Source of the DNA: an uncultured bacterium
GTDB taxonomy: Bacteria; Hydrothermota; UBA3072; B12-G15
NCBI GenBank assembly: GCA_965612735.1
Contig: CBFDSV010000002.1
Span: forward strand, 8,988-72,987
DNA: 64,000 nt
Direction of reading: 5' to 3'
In this document: positions 9,423-19,090 of the stretch, one piece after another
Layout: every line of letters starts with the position of its first letter
Position numbering within the stretch: the first letter of the stretch is position 1
Translations under genes and position numbers: made by a program
Notes under the pieces: generated by a model
Told to the model about the DNA's origin: nothing
What the model saw: only the letters and a program-made list of their open reading frames with translations
Database searches by the model: none

Positions 9423-10261
9423 GAAAAACAAGAAATATAATCTTCATTGTTTTTGGAAGTCTACTCACCTCAATTGGTTACGACCTTTTCCTCGTTCCAC
9501 ACAAGATTACACCTGGGGGTGTTGGTGGGATTGCCATTGTCCTTTACAACCTCTTTAAATTCCCATTCGGGCTTGGTTACGCGCTTCTCAATATTCCTAT
9601 ATTCATCCTTGGAATGAAAAATCTTGGGTTCAAGTTTGGAATGAAAACCATACTTTCAATAATTCTCATATTCCTCTTCTCCGACTTCATACACTACGTA
9701 CTGAAGCCCCCCATTCTCACCCATGACCTTCTTCTCTCTTCCCTCTACGGTGCCCTTCTTCTTGGTGCGGGTATAGGATTTGTATTCAGGGGTGGAGGTT
9801 CTACTGGTGGAACCGACATACTGGGCAGAATTATGAATAAGTACACAGGCCTCTCCACAGGGGTTTCAATACTGATTGTTGACTCCATAGTAATAGCCAT
9901 TGCAGGAACAACATTTAAGTCATTTGATATTGTTTTATTCAGTTACATAGCCCTCTTTGTTTCAAGCAAACTTGTGGATATGGTGCTTGAAGGCAGGGAT
10001 TATGCAAGACAGGCAATCATTACAACCACAAAAGGGGATAAAGTTGTCGAGGCCATCACAAAAAGGCTTAACAGGGGTTCAACACTCATGAAGGGAATTG
10101 GTGGATATACAGGTATGGAAAGGGATGTTATTTTTACAGTAATCTCCATAAGGGAAACAGAGGCACTGAGAAATCTCGTCCAGGAGATTGATCCTGATGC
10201 CTTTGTGGTAATAACAACGGCACACGAGGTGCTTGGTAAAGGTTTCCGTCCAAGGGTATAA
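9419..10261 (+). CDS. YitT-family membrane protein (DUF2179 C-terminal domain)
   Basis: 280 aa. GGVGG.. near the N-terminus, 5-6 TM helices, C-terminal soluble domain ending VITTAHEVLGKGF. Confidence 0.8.
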   Translation: MRKTRNIIFIVFGSLLTSIGYDLFLVPHKITPGGVGGIAIVLYNLFKFPFGLGYALLNIPIFILGMKNLGFKFGMKTILSIILIFLFSDFIHYVLKPPILTHDLLLSSLYGALLLGAGIGFVFRGGGSTGGTDILGRIMNKYTGLSTGVSILIVDSIVIAIAGTTFKSFDIVLFSYIALFVSSKLVDMVLEGRDYARQAIITTTKGDKVVEAITKRLNRGSTLMKGIGGYTGMERDVIFTVISIRETEALRNLVQEIDPDAFVVITTAHEVLGKGFRPRV

Positions 10262-10263
10262 GT

Positions 10264-10980
10264 GTGCAGGGCACAGACAAAGGAATAATAATAAAAAATA
10301 CACCATTCAGTGATACAAGCCTTATCTCCATGATTTACACAGAAAAGAATGGTCTATCTTCTTTCCTTGCAAAGGGAGGAAGAAGGCAGAAGAGTCAATT
10401 TAGAGGAAAACTTGAATCAGGTTTCCTTGTGTCCTTTGTTTACTACAGGGGTCATTCTGCTGAAATGGGGGTATTGAAGGAAGTGGAACCCATAGAAACA
10501 TATCCTGAAATCCGTGAAAATATAACCCTTATGGATGGCATGTACTCCATTCTCTGGGTACTTGAACATAGCCCCACAGAGAAAAAAATTTTCATCCTTG
10601 CAAAAGAGATATTAAAGAGATTGAACACAGAAGGAAGGATTGAAATCCTTCCCTACTTCTTTATGAAATTCTTCAAGATAGAAGGAATATATCCCAATCT
10701 TTTTAGGTGCCATGTGTGTGGTGAAAAAAGTGTATCATGCTTCAGTACAAGGGCTGGTGGAACAATGTGCAGGAAGCATTGTACCCAGAACGACCTTCCC
10801 CTTGGTGAATGGTACAATCTATTAAAGCTCATAGTCAGGGGATATCTGCCTGAATTGAAAGATACAAATGAGAAAGGATTTAAGAATATGATGAAGGTGA
10901 TAATTGAATATGGAGAGTTTCATTCAGGAGACTGGTTCCACCGCCTCAGAGAAATTCTTCCATCCTCAATAAGACCGTAG
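10264..10980 (+). CDS. recO: DNA repair protein RecO
   Basis: GTG start. N-terminal OB-fold pattern (GIIIKNTPFSDTSLI) and a Cys cluster CHVCGEK...C..HC. Confidence 0.8.
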   Translation: MQGTDKGIIIKNTPFSDTSLISMIYTEKNGLSSFLAKGGRRQKSQFRGKLESGFLVSFVYYRGHSAEMGVLKEVEPIETYPEIRENITLMDGMYSILWVLEHSPTEKKIFILAKEILKRLNTEGRIEILPYFFMKFFKIEGIYPNLFRCHVCGEKSVSCFSTRAGGTMCRKHCTQNDLPLGEWYNLLKLIVRGYLPELKDTNEKGFKNMMKVIIEYGEFHSGDWFHRLREILPSSIRP

Positions 10981-11636
10981 TATCTATGTATCATCCAGTC
11001 CCCAAGAACAACAAACAGTTTCTCTCCCTCCCTAAAAGTGTACTGTTCGTGTATATGCCCAATCACAACAACATCTGCACCTTCTCTGAATTTTCTATGT
11101 GCAAACTCAATATATTTCTTTATCCTTGGTTGTTTTCTGCTGGAAGAGATTCTGCTCAATCTTGAAACCATTCTGGCAATCTCAAATCCGATGTCTGGAT
11201 GAATATGTCTGAATAGAAACCTGTTTATATCACTTTTAATAATCAGGGTTACTGGATTAAATCTCCCTGTCTCGTCCCCATGTGCAAATAGATAATTCAC
11301 ACTACCCAGGTTTATCATTTCCTCCTTCCTGTGAACAACAACACCTATTGAATTAAGAAAATCCCCATGCCAGAAATCATGGTTTCCTGTCCAGTAATGG
11401 ATATCCTTGCCCTTATCTCTTAACTCTTTGAACAGAACATACATGGGAAAGAATGCCTTTGGTATCACATGGTTGTATTCATGGTAGAAATCAAAGATAT
11501 CTCCAAGAAGGAAAAGGGCATCACAAGACTTCATCTGCTCCCTCACAAAAGAACCAAGTTCTGCCTGAAGCCCTGTTGACTCCTTCAGAGGAAAATGAGT
11601 ATCAGATATAAGAAGAACCCTTCTATACCCCTTCAC
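10920..11636 (-). CDS. lpxH: UDP-2,3-diacylglucosamine diphosphatase (LpxH-like calcineurin-type metallophosphoesterase)
   Basis: Motifs SDTHF, GDIFDF, GNHDFW, HGD, GHIH in LpxH order and size (238 aa). Confidence 0.7.
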   Translation of the reverse strand: MKGYRRVLLISDTHFPLKESTGLQAELGSFVREQMKSCDALFLLGDIFDFYHEYNHVIPKAFFPMYVLFKELRDKGKDIHYWTGNHDFWHGDFLNSIGVVVHRKEEMINLGSVNYLFAHGDETGRFNPVTLIIKSDINRFLFRHIHPDIGFEIARMVSRLSRISSSRKQPRIKKYIEFAHRKFREGADVVVIGHIHEQYTFREGEKLFVVLGDWMIHRYYGLIEDGRISLRRWNQSPE

Positions 11637-11847
11637 CTGCCATTTCCTTTATTACTTCTATTGCCTCAAAGAAATATTTATTTTTAAGGAGTTCAACAAT
11701 TAGATTCAAATACCTATCACCTGTATCAAGGGGCACATCACCACTTTCAGATGCGTCAAAATCAAGAAGGTCCTCTTCCTTCTTCTCTTCTTCCTTTTTC
11801 TCTTTTTTAGATGAAAAGATTTCCTCAAAAGGGGACTTTGCCTCCAT
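11623..11847 (-). CDS. Small acidic hypothetical protein
   Basis: 74 aa. K/E-rich stretch then an acidic patch. Translationally coupled on both sides. Confidence 0.45.
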   Translation of the reverse strand: MEAKSPFEEIFSSKKEKKEEEKKEEDLLDFDASESGDVPLDTGDRYLNLIVELLKNKYFFEAIEVIKEMAGEGV

Positions 11848-13259
11848 TATATCCTCCTCTCTTTATATCTGTTTATTGCCTCTTCAACCTCTATCAGGGA
11901 ACTATCCATTGATAGTGCCTTTTCCCACATCTCAAGGGCTCTGTCAATGTTGCCCATCTTTTCATACACAAAACCCAGATTTGCAATAACCAGTGGGTTC
12001 TCCTCCACATTCCTTGCCTTCTCCATGAGTGCCAGTGCTTCTTCCTCCGCACCTTTATTGAAACTGATAACCCCCATTGTCAGGATTGCGTCCACATCAT
12101 CTGGATTCTCATTCAGTATCTCCTCAAGTATCTCCCTTGCCTCTTCGTTCTCTCCACTTTTTGATAGAGCCATTGCAAGATTTATCAATATTTCTCTTTT
12201 TCTTCCTGCAAGTTCAATGGCCTTTCTGAACTTCTCTATTGCTGATGAAATGTCTCCTGCATAAAAATCAAGCACTCCCTCATCATTCAATCTCATCCCC
12301 TGACTCACTTTATCCTTCTCTTCCATCTCATTCAACCTTTCCCTCAACTCCTGAAGATATTCAGAAGCCCTTACTGAAAACTCCTCCATCTTTGCTGCCA
12401 TGCTCTCAAGTTGTGTAGAAAATTCCTTGAACCCATCCCTCATACCTTCAAGCCCTTCCTTCAATGAGTTAGAAGAGGTTTCAAGGGAAGACCTGAGATT
12501 ATCATCCATCCTGTTTATGCCCTCGTTGAGTGTCCCCACCCTAGAAGTAACTTCACCTGATACCTCTGTAATCTTTTTCATAAGAACATCAAAGAGTTCT
12601 AACAGCTTTTTCATATCAGCATCAAGGGACTCAAAGAATGGACTTACACTCTCCTTCAATTCGTTCATTGGCTGTCCAATCCTTTCAGGGATACTCCCTA
12701 TAACCTCCTCAAATGCTTTTATACTCTCACGGATGGCATCTATCTTCTCAACAACCCTTTCCTTCAAATCACCACCATTCCTGTCCATTGTATTGATTAT
12801 CTCCTCCCTGACAGAGGAAAGGGCTTCAACAAACCTGTTTCCAACCTCATTGATGGAATTCCCATAACCCCTAAGTTCAGGGATAATCTTCTCATCAATC
12901 ACTGAATCTATCTTGCTGGTAACTGAATCAAAATCAACCTGAACACTTCCTACAAGTTCTGGTATCTTCTCAAGTTTCTCCCCAAGGTCTGAAATTCTCT
13001 GGGATGTCTCATGCTGTATGTTGTAAAGGTCGTCGTGAAGATTTATACTGATATTCTGGAGTGCTTTCTTGATTGGAAGAATCTCCCCAAGGAAGAGAAG
13101 ATTGCAACTCTCCTCTTCACTGTTATAAAACTCACATTTCTCCTTCTGGCAATCAATCTCAATGATTTCATAAACACGCTTCTTTTCAACACTCCCATCC
13201 TCCTTCTTTACCTCCTCCTCTTTCAATGCAATTCCTGATAGATATGGACAAAAACCCAT
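11847..13259 (-). CDS. Cys-rich N-terminus, long helical repeat region and C-terminal TPR protein
   Basis: 470 aa. Four Cys in the first 52 residues (C4, C37, C42, C52), ~250 aa of low-complexity helical segments, then 3-4 TPR units. Confidence 0.65.
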   Translation of the reverse strand: MGFCPYLSGIALKEEEVKKEDGSVEKKRVYEIIEIDCQKEKCEFYNSEEESCNLLFLGEILPIKKALQNISINLHDDLYNIQHETSQRISDLGEKLEKIPELVGSVQVDFDSVTSKIDSVIDEKIIPELRGYGNSINEVGNRFVEALSSVREEIINTMDRNGGDLKERVVEKIDAIRESIKAFEEVIGSIPERIGQPMNELKESVSPFFESLDADMKKLLELFDVLMKKITEVSGEVTSRVGTLNEGINRMDDNLRSSLETSSNSLKEGLEGMRDGFKEFSTQLESMAAKMEEFSVRASEYLQELRERLNEMEEKDKVSQGMRLNDEGVLDFYAGDISSAIEKFRKAIELAGRKREILINLAMALSKSGENEEAREILEEILNENPDDVDAILTMGVISFNKGAEEEALALMEKARNVEENPLVIANLGFVYEKMGNIDRALEMWEKALSMDSSLIEVEEAINRYKERRI

Positions 13260-13262
13260 TTT

Positions 13263-16200
13263 TTACCTCCCTGGTAAAGGCTGTATCATTTTCCAACCCC
13301 CTTTATATCTATCTTCCTTAAAGGCCACCTCACCTGATTGTGTAAGTGATGTCCTTATCTCCCTCAACAACCGTTTCATTCCAAGTCTTGAGGCACATAC
13401 CTCCATCATTTTCAAAACATCAGCATCCTTTTCAAGACCATTGAGAAGTTTCAAAGCTACAAGGTATCTTCCATTCTTAATCTCAAATCTGGCGGCCTCC
13501 CTCACCCTCTTTTCTTCTGGTAATTCTTTTAATACCTCTGAAATCAATTCCTCATCCCCAAGTTTCAGTGCATATTTGTACTTCTCCTCAAGGGACTCTG
13601 CATCCTTGATTCTTTCCCTGAGAATCTCCTCCTTCACTTCCTGGAGCACATTATAGTCAACATGTATATCCTTCCCGGCAAGATAGAGAAGTGCTCTATC
13701 CCTTTCATCCTGCTCAACAATGGACTCCCCTATCTCAAGCACCCTGTCCCAGTGTCCCATAACAGCGTAAATTTTTATCAGTTCCTTCCTGTACTCAACC
13801 CTGTCTGAGTATCGTATAAGTTCCTGTAAATAGGCAACCCTGTCATCATGGCCAAGCAGGGATAGACCTTTGAATGCCTCGTCGTAATTACCAATCTGTA
13901 TATTGCAATCAATATAAAGCCTTGCAGATTCTGGGGAATCAACATCAAGCAACTCAAGGATTGTTCCTGCAGAATCAGGTGCCTTTCCATATATCTCCCT
14001 CAATTCCCTGACAACTTCGTCCTTCTTACCATAAATCTTTAATAGTTTTGCCTTCAAAAGCCTCAATGGTATAGGATACTCCTCACCAAAATATTCGTCA
14101 AGGAGTGTGATAATGTCCTTTGCAACACCTGGATAATTCTTCACAAGTTTTTCTACAAATTCAACTATAACCCTGTTTCTACGCTCCTCAAGTATTATCT
14201 TCAGAATATCCCTGTAATTTTCAGGTGTAACCTCAATTTTTTGCAAAAGCCCCATTATCTCAGTTACAACCTTCTGCCTCATTTCAGGAAAACCTTCATA
14301 AACCTGTATAAGCGCATTCATCACTTCGTTCAATTTCCCTTCTTGCTTGAGCAAATCTATCCTCAGTAGAATTGCATTGCTTTCAAGCGGGGTTCCTTCA
14401 GCAGATTTAAGTGATTCCATCACCGCCTCCCTGAGGGTCGGGTCAAATCTCACTGCCTTTTGAAGCAGTTCAAGACCACTGCCATCACCTCTGGAAAGCA
14501 TAATCTGTCCAAGTCTATGATAGAGTGATGCCTCAATTGGTGCAATATCAATCAGTTTTTTGAAATCCTCAATAATTGCATCACCAATCCCTGGGTTCTT
14601 TTCGTATGCCATGTACAGGGCATTAGCAGCCTTACTTATCTCCCTCTCATCCCTGTAAAGTGAATGCAAGAGTAAATAAGTTTCTGAACTTACCTCCTGT
14701 TCCTTCATAAATGATTCAATGAGGTCAATTGCCTTCCTAACAAGGTTCCTGTCCTCTGCAACTGCAAGTGCAAGATACTTAACAAACTCCTGTTCCCTTC
14801 CAGTCTTCCCATATGCATTGGCAAGATTGAAGTAGAGGTCTCCCCTTTTCCCTCGTGGGAGTATATCCTCAGCCCTCTCACCGTACTTTATCACTTCTTC
14901 ATAATATCCGTGTTCATTCAGGAGATTTAAAAGTATTGAATATATACCTGGAGACTTTCCAACTCTCTCAACAGAAGTAAGGAGGACAGTTACAAGTTCC
15001 CTTGTAATATCAGGAAACTTCTTTATGCTTGTCTGTATCACCTCCTCAGCCTTTTTAAACATGCGGAAGAGAATGAGAAGTTCAATCAATAGAAGGAAGT
15101 TCTCCTGTGATTCAGGATGATTCCTTATAGCCTTTATAATAAAACCAGCCCTGTTTGGGTCCTGCTTAACAGCCTTTATATAGAATTGTCTGGCATTTTC
15201 AAAATCTCCGTTAAGCGCATATGCCTCGGCAATAGCAAAGGGAAGGACAAATGGTGGAAATGCATCCGGTGGAAAAGACGCGTATGCTTTAAGGACATAC
15301 GGGATATAATCAGGCTTAATCCTTATCCATGTATCAAGTTGCTTCATCAAATACGGGATTGCACCAGGTTCTTCTGACAGGATTCTATTCAGATTCTCTA
15401 TTGAACGCTCTGGATCTGTCTTGAGATTTATTATATTCACAAGTATTGCCGATTTTGAATTCTCCGGATTGTTTTTGTAAATCTTGAGAAGAACCTCTTT
15501 TGCAAGTTCAATGCCCTCCGGGTAGTCAAGAACAGTTTCAATAGTTTCTATGGCCTCATCAAACTCTTTCTTGAAGGCAAGAAGTTCTCCCTTAAAGACA
15601 ACCGCCTCAACAAGGTCAGGGTATTCACTAAGAACATCTTTCAGAGAACCAAGAATATCATCAACAGAGGAAGGAGAAATGGCAAATGCTTTTTTCAAAG
15701 TATCAACCGCAAGTTTTGGTTTCTCCAGTTTCATTAAAATGTCACATGCAATGAAAAGGGCATCTGGATTATCTGTAACCCTCTCAACAATTTCCACAAT
15801 CTCCTGTACATTCAGAACATCTATATTCAACTCAAGAATCCTTTTAAGGGTTTTCAGTGTATCTTCGTATCTCTTCTCATCAAGGTAGGCATATGCCAAC
15901 TTCTGTAATGCCTCAACACTATCGGGATTGGTTCTGACCAGTTCCTCATACTTCTTAATTGCTGCCTTGCCCCTGAATTTATTAAGCACCTGGAGTGCCT
16001 TCTCTTTATCACCAGTTTTTATATACAAATCACTCAAAAGATCCAGGGTTTCAGGAACCTTTTCAGAAAATTCTTCCAGTACCTCTATTGCATAGGGTGT
16101 AATTTGGGGGCTTCTCTCTGTGGCCTTTTTAAACTGCTCTATACCCCTCTCAAGGTTACCCCTTCTAATCAACAGTCTTCCAAGGGTTATCATTATATAA

Positions 16201-16799
16201 GGGTCACCAAAAAGATTTCTGTTAATCCTCTCAATTTCATTGTAGATTGTATCTTCTTCTTCTGGTGCCTTTTGTAGCAACTCCATAAATATTTCCATAC
16301 TCTTTTTTGTATCCAGTGGTTCGTAACACAGACCTGTCATATAAAAATGCATTCTATCCCTTGGTGAAAGTTTCTCCTTTTCCCTGATATTTGAAAGAAT
16401 GGCATTCTCCTTCTGTATAATCTCTGCAAGGTGTTCCCTATCCATGACTTCAACAATTTCCCACACCCCATCAAAGTCCCTTGCCTCTGTTCTCTTCTCA
16501 ACCAGATACTCTGCAAGTTCACGGGGTTTATTGGAACCATAGTAGAGGTCTTCAACCTCTTTTATAATATGCTCCTTTGTCTCCCTTGATATTCCCTCAC
16601 CCTTCTTTGCCCAGATAATAACCTCTTTGAAATGCCCCATGGAACTGTACACATGCATGATCTCAAGAATAAGGGGAAGGTCTGATTCATCACCTGTTAA
16701 GGCACTTTGGAGAACCTCCAATGCCTTTTCAGGTTTCCCAGAAATAACCAGCCTTCTGGCCTTATCAATTACCTTCTCTTTACCACCAAATCCAAACAT
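13263..16799 (-). CDS. Giant TPR-repeat protein
   Basis: 1178 aa of helical A/L/Y-patterned TPR-like repeats throughout. No TM or catalytic motif seen. Confidence 0.75.
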   Translation of the reverse strand: MFGFGGKEKVIDKARRLVISGKPEKALEVLQSALTGDESDLPLILEIMHVYSSMGHFKEVIIWAKKGEGISRETKEHIIKEVEDLYYGSNKPRELAEYLVEKRTEARDFDGVWEIVEVMDREHLAEIIQKENAILSNIREKEKLSPRDRMHFYMTGLCYEPLDTKKSMEIFMELLQKAPEEEDTIYNEIERINRNLFGDPYIMITLGRLLIRRGNLERGIEQFKKATERSPQITPYAIEVLEEFSEKVPETLDLLSDLYIKTGDKEKALQVLNKFRGKAAIKKYEELVRTNPDSVEALQKLAYAYLDEKRYEDTLKTLKRILELNIDVLNVQEIVEIVERVTDNPDALFIACDILMKLEKPKLAVDTLKKAFAISPSSVDDILGSLKDVLSEYPDLVEAVVFKGELLAFKKEFDEAIETIETVLDYPEGIELAKEVLLKIYKNNPENSKSAILVNIINLKTDPERSIENLNRILSEEPGAIPYLMKQLDTWIRIKPDYIPYVLKAYASFPPDAFPPFVLPFAIAEAYALNGDFENARQFYIKAVKQDPNRAGFIIKAIRNHPESQENFLLLIELLILFRMFKKAEEVIQTSIKKFPDITRELVTVLLTSVERVGKSPGIYSILLNLLNEHGYYEEVIKYGERAEDILPRGKRGDLYFNLANAYGKTGREQEFVKYLALAVAEDRNLVRKAIDLIESFMKEQEVSSETYLLLHSLYRDEREISKAANALYMAYEKNPGIGDAIIEDFKKLIDIAPIEASLYHRLGQIMLSRGDGSGLELLQKAVRFDPTLREAVMESLKSAEGTPLESNAILLRIDLLKQEGKLNEVMNALIQVYEGFPEMRQKVVTEIMGLLQKIEVTPENYRDILKIILEERRNRVIVEFVEKLVKNYPGVAKDIITLLDEYFGEEYPIPLRLLKAKLLKIYGKKDEVVRELREIYGKAPDSAGTILELLDVDSPESARLYIDCNIQIGNYDEAFKGLSLLGHDDRVAYLQELIRYSDRVEYRKELIKIYAVMGHWDRVLEIGESIVEQDERDRALLYLAGKDIHVDYNVLQEVKEEILRERIKDAESLEEKYKYALKLGDEELISEVLKELPEEKRVREAARFEIKNGRYLVALKLLNGLEKDADVLKMMEVCASRLGMKRLLREIRTSLTQSGEVAFKEDRYKGGWKMIQPLPGR

Positions 16800-16805
16800 A
16801 TTTTG

Positions 16806-16833
16806 AGTATATACAAGATTTCCTTGTAGTCAA
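16806..16833 (-). promoter_or_regulatory. Sigma70-type promoter, apparently leaderless, for the giant TPR gene
   Basis: Minus strand: TTGACT (16833-16828), 16 nt, TATACT (16811-16806), 6 nt, then ATG at 16799. No SD. Confidence 0.45.
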
Positions 16834-16845
16834 GCAAAAAGATAA

Positions 16846-18159
16846 TTAACCTCTTTCATTCACAATACCTTCTATTTCACTTTTCAAGGTTTCTATTGTA
16901 ACGGGCTTCAATAATACCCTGACACCCCATTTTTTTAATTCCTTTAATTCTGGATGCATTGAATCCCCTGTAAAAACAATCACTCTTTTTTTCTGCTCAT
17001 CATCCATGTCAAGGAATACCCTGTATCCTGACATATCAGGTAGAATCATATCAAGTATTATCACATTGTACCTTTCAGACTCAATCTTCTCCAGTGCTTC
17101 TTTCCCTGTATATGCACAATCCACCTTGTAACCCATACTTGATAATGCCTTTTCCAGCAATTTTACATTCTCTACCTCATCATCCACTATGAGTATTCCA
17201 GAAACCTTCTCCCTTTCTGAAACAGGGAATTCAATGAGAAAAGCAGGGTGTTTTGAATCCTCTTTATAAACAATTGAACCATTGTTCCATGTTATAAGCC
17301 TCTTTGCAATACCAAGCCCGAGCCCAAGTTTATCACCACTTGTGGAATAGAAGTGCTCAAAAATCTGAACAGCTTTTGAAGCGTCAATTGGAGAACCTGA
17401 GTTCTCAACAAGCACCCTGCCCTCCTCTTCTCCCCTATCCACTGTAATTCTCACCCACCCATCTGTTCCACTTGAGTATGCAAACTCAATCGCATTCTCA
17501 AGTAGTCTGAAGAAGGCTTCCTTTATCATCTCTGGTGAGGCATTGATTGAGAAATCCCTTTCAATCACATATGCCACGTCAACCATAGTATAGTATGGAT
17601 GGGATTTCAAAAGAAGCAATGAGTCCTCAAGAATCCTGGATATTTGAATCTCTTTCTTTTCATCGTAATTTTTCAACATATTGGTATAGGCACAGAACTG
17701 GTCAACAACCCCTTTTATCCTTGTTACTGAAGAAATTATGTGTTCTGTATATTCCAGCAATTCCTTATCATTTGTCCGTTCTTTCAACAGTTCTGAAAAT
17801 CCCATAACTGCCTGGAGTGGATTGTTTATCCTGTGTGATATACCTGCTATAACCTCTATCATCTCAACTATCCTTGAAAACTTGTACTGGGAGTAGTTTA
17901 TACACATATCTGTCTCAGGATAAAAGCAAAGTATCAGGTTGTCTCCATCCATTAAGGGCTCAACCCTGTACTTAACCCTCCTGCCATCAATAACAACATC
18001 AATCACCTTAATATCACCCTTTTGGATATTTTCCACATCCTCTTTCTTCAACACTCCAAGAATCCTTCTGCCTTCATCATTCAAGGGTTTAATACCTTCC
18101 TCCGTATATTGAATAAGCCCTATTCTTAATCTATCTATCAAATCCTTCAAGTTTTCCAT
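16846..18159 (-). CDS. Hybrid sensor histidine kinase with a C-terminal receiver domain
   Basis: H-box SHRINNPL, N/G boxes (LENAIEFA, GLGLGIAK), then a receiver (ILIVDDE...ILDMILPDMSG...KP). Confidence 0.85.
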   Translation of the reverse strand: MENLKDLIDRLRIGLIQYTEEGIKPLNDEGRRILGVLKKEDVENIQKGDIKVIDVVIDGRRVKYRVEPLMDGDNLILCFYPETDMCINYSQYKFSRIVEMIEVIAGISHRINNPLQAVMGFSELLKERTNDKELLEYTEHIISSVTRIKGVVDQFCAYTNMLKNYDEKKEIQISRILEDSLLLLKSHPYYTMVDVAYVIERDFSINASPEMIKEAFFRLLENAIEFAYSSGTDGWVRITVDRGEEEGRVLVENSGSPIDASKAVQIFEHFYSTSGDKLGLGLGIAKRLITWNNGSIVYKEDSKHPAFLIEFPVSEREKVSGILIVDDEVENVKLLEKALSSMGYKVDCAYTGKEALEKIESERYNVIILDMILPDMSGYRVFLDMDDEQKKRVIVFTGDSMHPELKELKKWGVRVLLKPVTIETLKSEIEGIVNERG

Positions 18160-19090
18160 TATTCACCTCCATATTAAACGCAATCTTCTCTTCTGCCTCC
18201 TTATATTCCACTCCCTTTACAAAAGGAATGGATTGAAGAAGGTCTGTAATCTCTTTGATACCAGAATGTGAAACCCCCTCAACATTCAGTACAAATACAC
18301 CTGTCTTCTCGTCCTGGAATTCTGAAAGCAATCTTAAAAAATTGCCCAATGCACGATTAATCCTTTTCTGCTCCTCAAGAACCATTAGAACCTCTTTCAC
18401 CTGACTGTCCTTCCTTTTTTTAACCTCCTTGAAGGACTTTAAACCAATGGAGACAATCGGTACAAGGGACTCTATAAGCTTCTCAGGTTTGGGCGATATG
18501 TAGAATACATCAACAACCTTTGTTGAAACCCGATAAACATTCCCAATTGTGAGATTCAACACCCTGAATTTTCCAGCCCTGAGAACATGGTCAACAATTT
18601 CAGGGGTAAAATCACCTGAACGATAAAAGCGATTCCCATAATAAATACATATTCCTTTTGCATCTGTGTATTCAATCATCCTCTTCATGATGGTGTCAAT
18701 AACCATGTCCAGGTTTCTCACTGTGGAAAATTCGGAAATTATATCCCTCTGTAATCTCTCCCGATTTTCAAAAAATTTCAGGCGTTCATCCATATCTTTG
18801 AACCTCTCAAGGAATGTAACAATCTCTGAGGGCATACCATTGTAAGTATCAAGGTATGGAGCCTTACCCCTTAAAATCTCAAGAGACCTCAAAAAATACC
18901 TCTCTATCATGTAAACCACCACCAGAATTAAGACAAATCCTGTTAGCATGAAAATCTCTGCAGAAATGCCAATCATTCCCTCATGTATCACCAAAAGGAA
19001 ACAGGAGATTCCAATAATGAAGAGCATTGACCATACAAGGATTCTCAACAGCCTTGTTCCTTCCATATAATAATTATACATACTTTTCAA
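18131..19090 (-). CDS. Membrane-anchored protein with a GAF-like cytoplasmic domain
   Basis: 319 aa, two N-terminal TM helices. The following ~150 aa has GAF-like alternating secondary-structure character. This call is weak. Confidence 0.45.
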   Translation of the reverse strand: MKSMYNYYMEGTRLLRILVWSMLFIIGISCFLLVIHEGMIGISAEIFMLTGFVLILVVVYMIERYFLRSLEILRGKAPYLDTYNGMPSEIVTFLERFKDMDERLKFFENRERLQRDIISEFSTVRNLDMVIDTIMKRMIEYTDAKGICIYYGNRFYRSGDFTPEIVDHVLRAGKFRVLNLTIGNVYRVSTKVVDVFYISPKPEKLIESLVPIVSIGLKSFKEVKKRKDSQVKEVLMVLEEQKRINRALGNFLRLLSEFQDEKTGVFVLNVEGVSHSGIKEITDLLQSIPFVKGVEYKEAEEKIAFNMEVNNGKLEGFDR

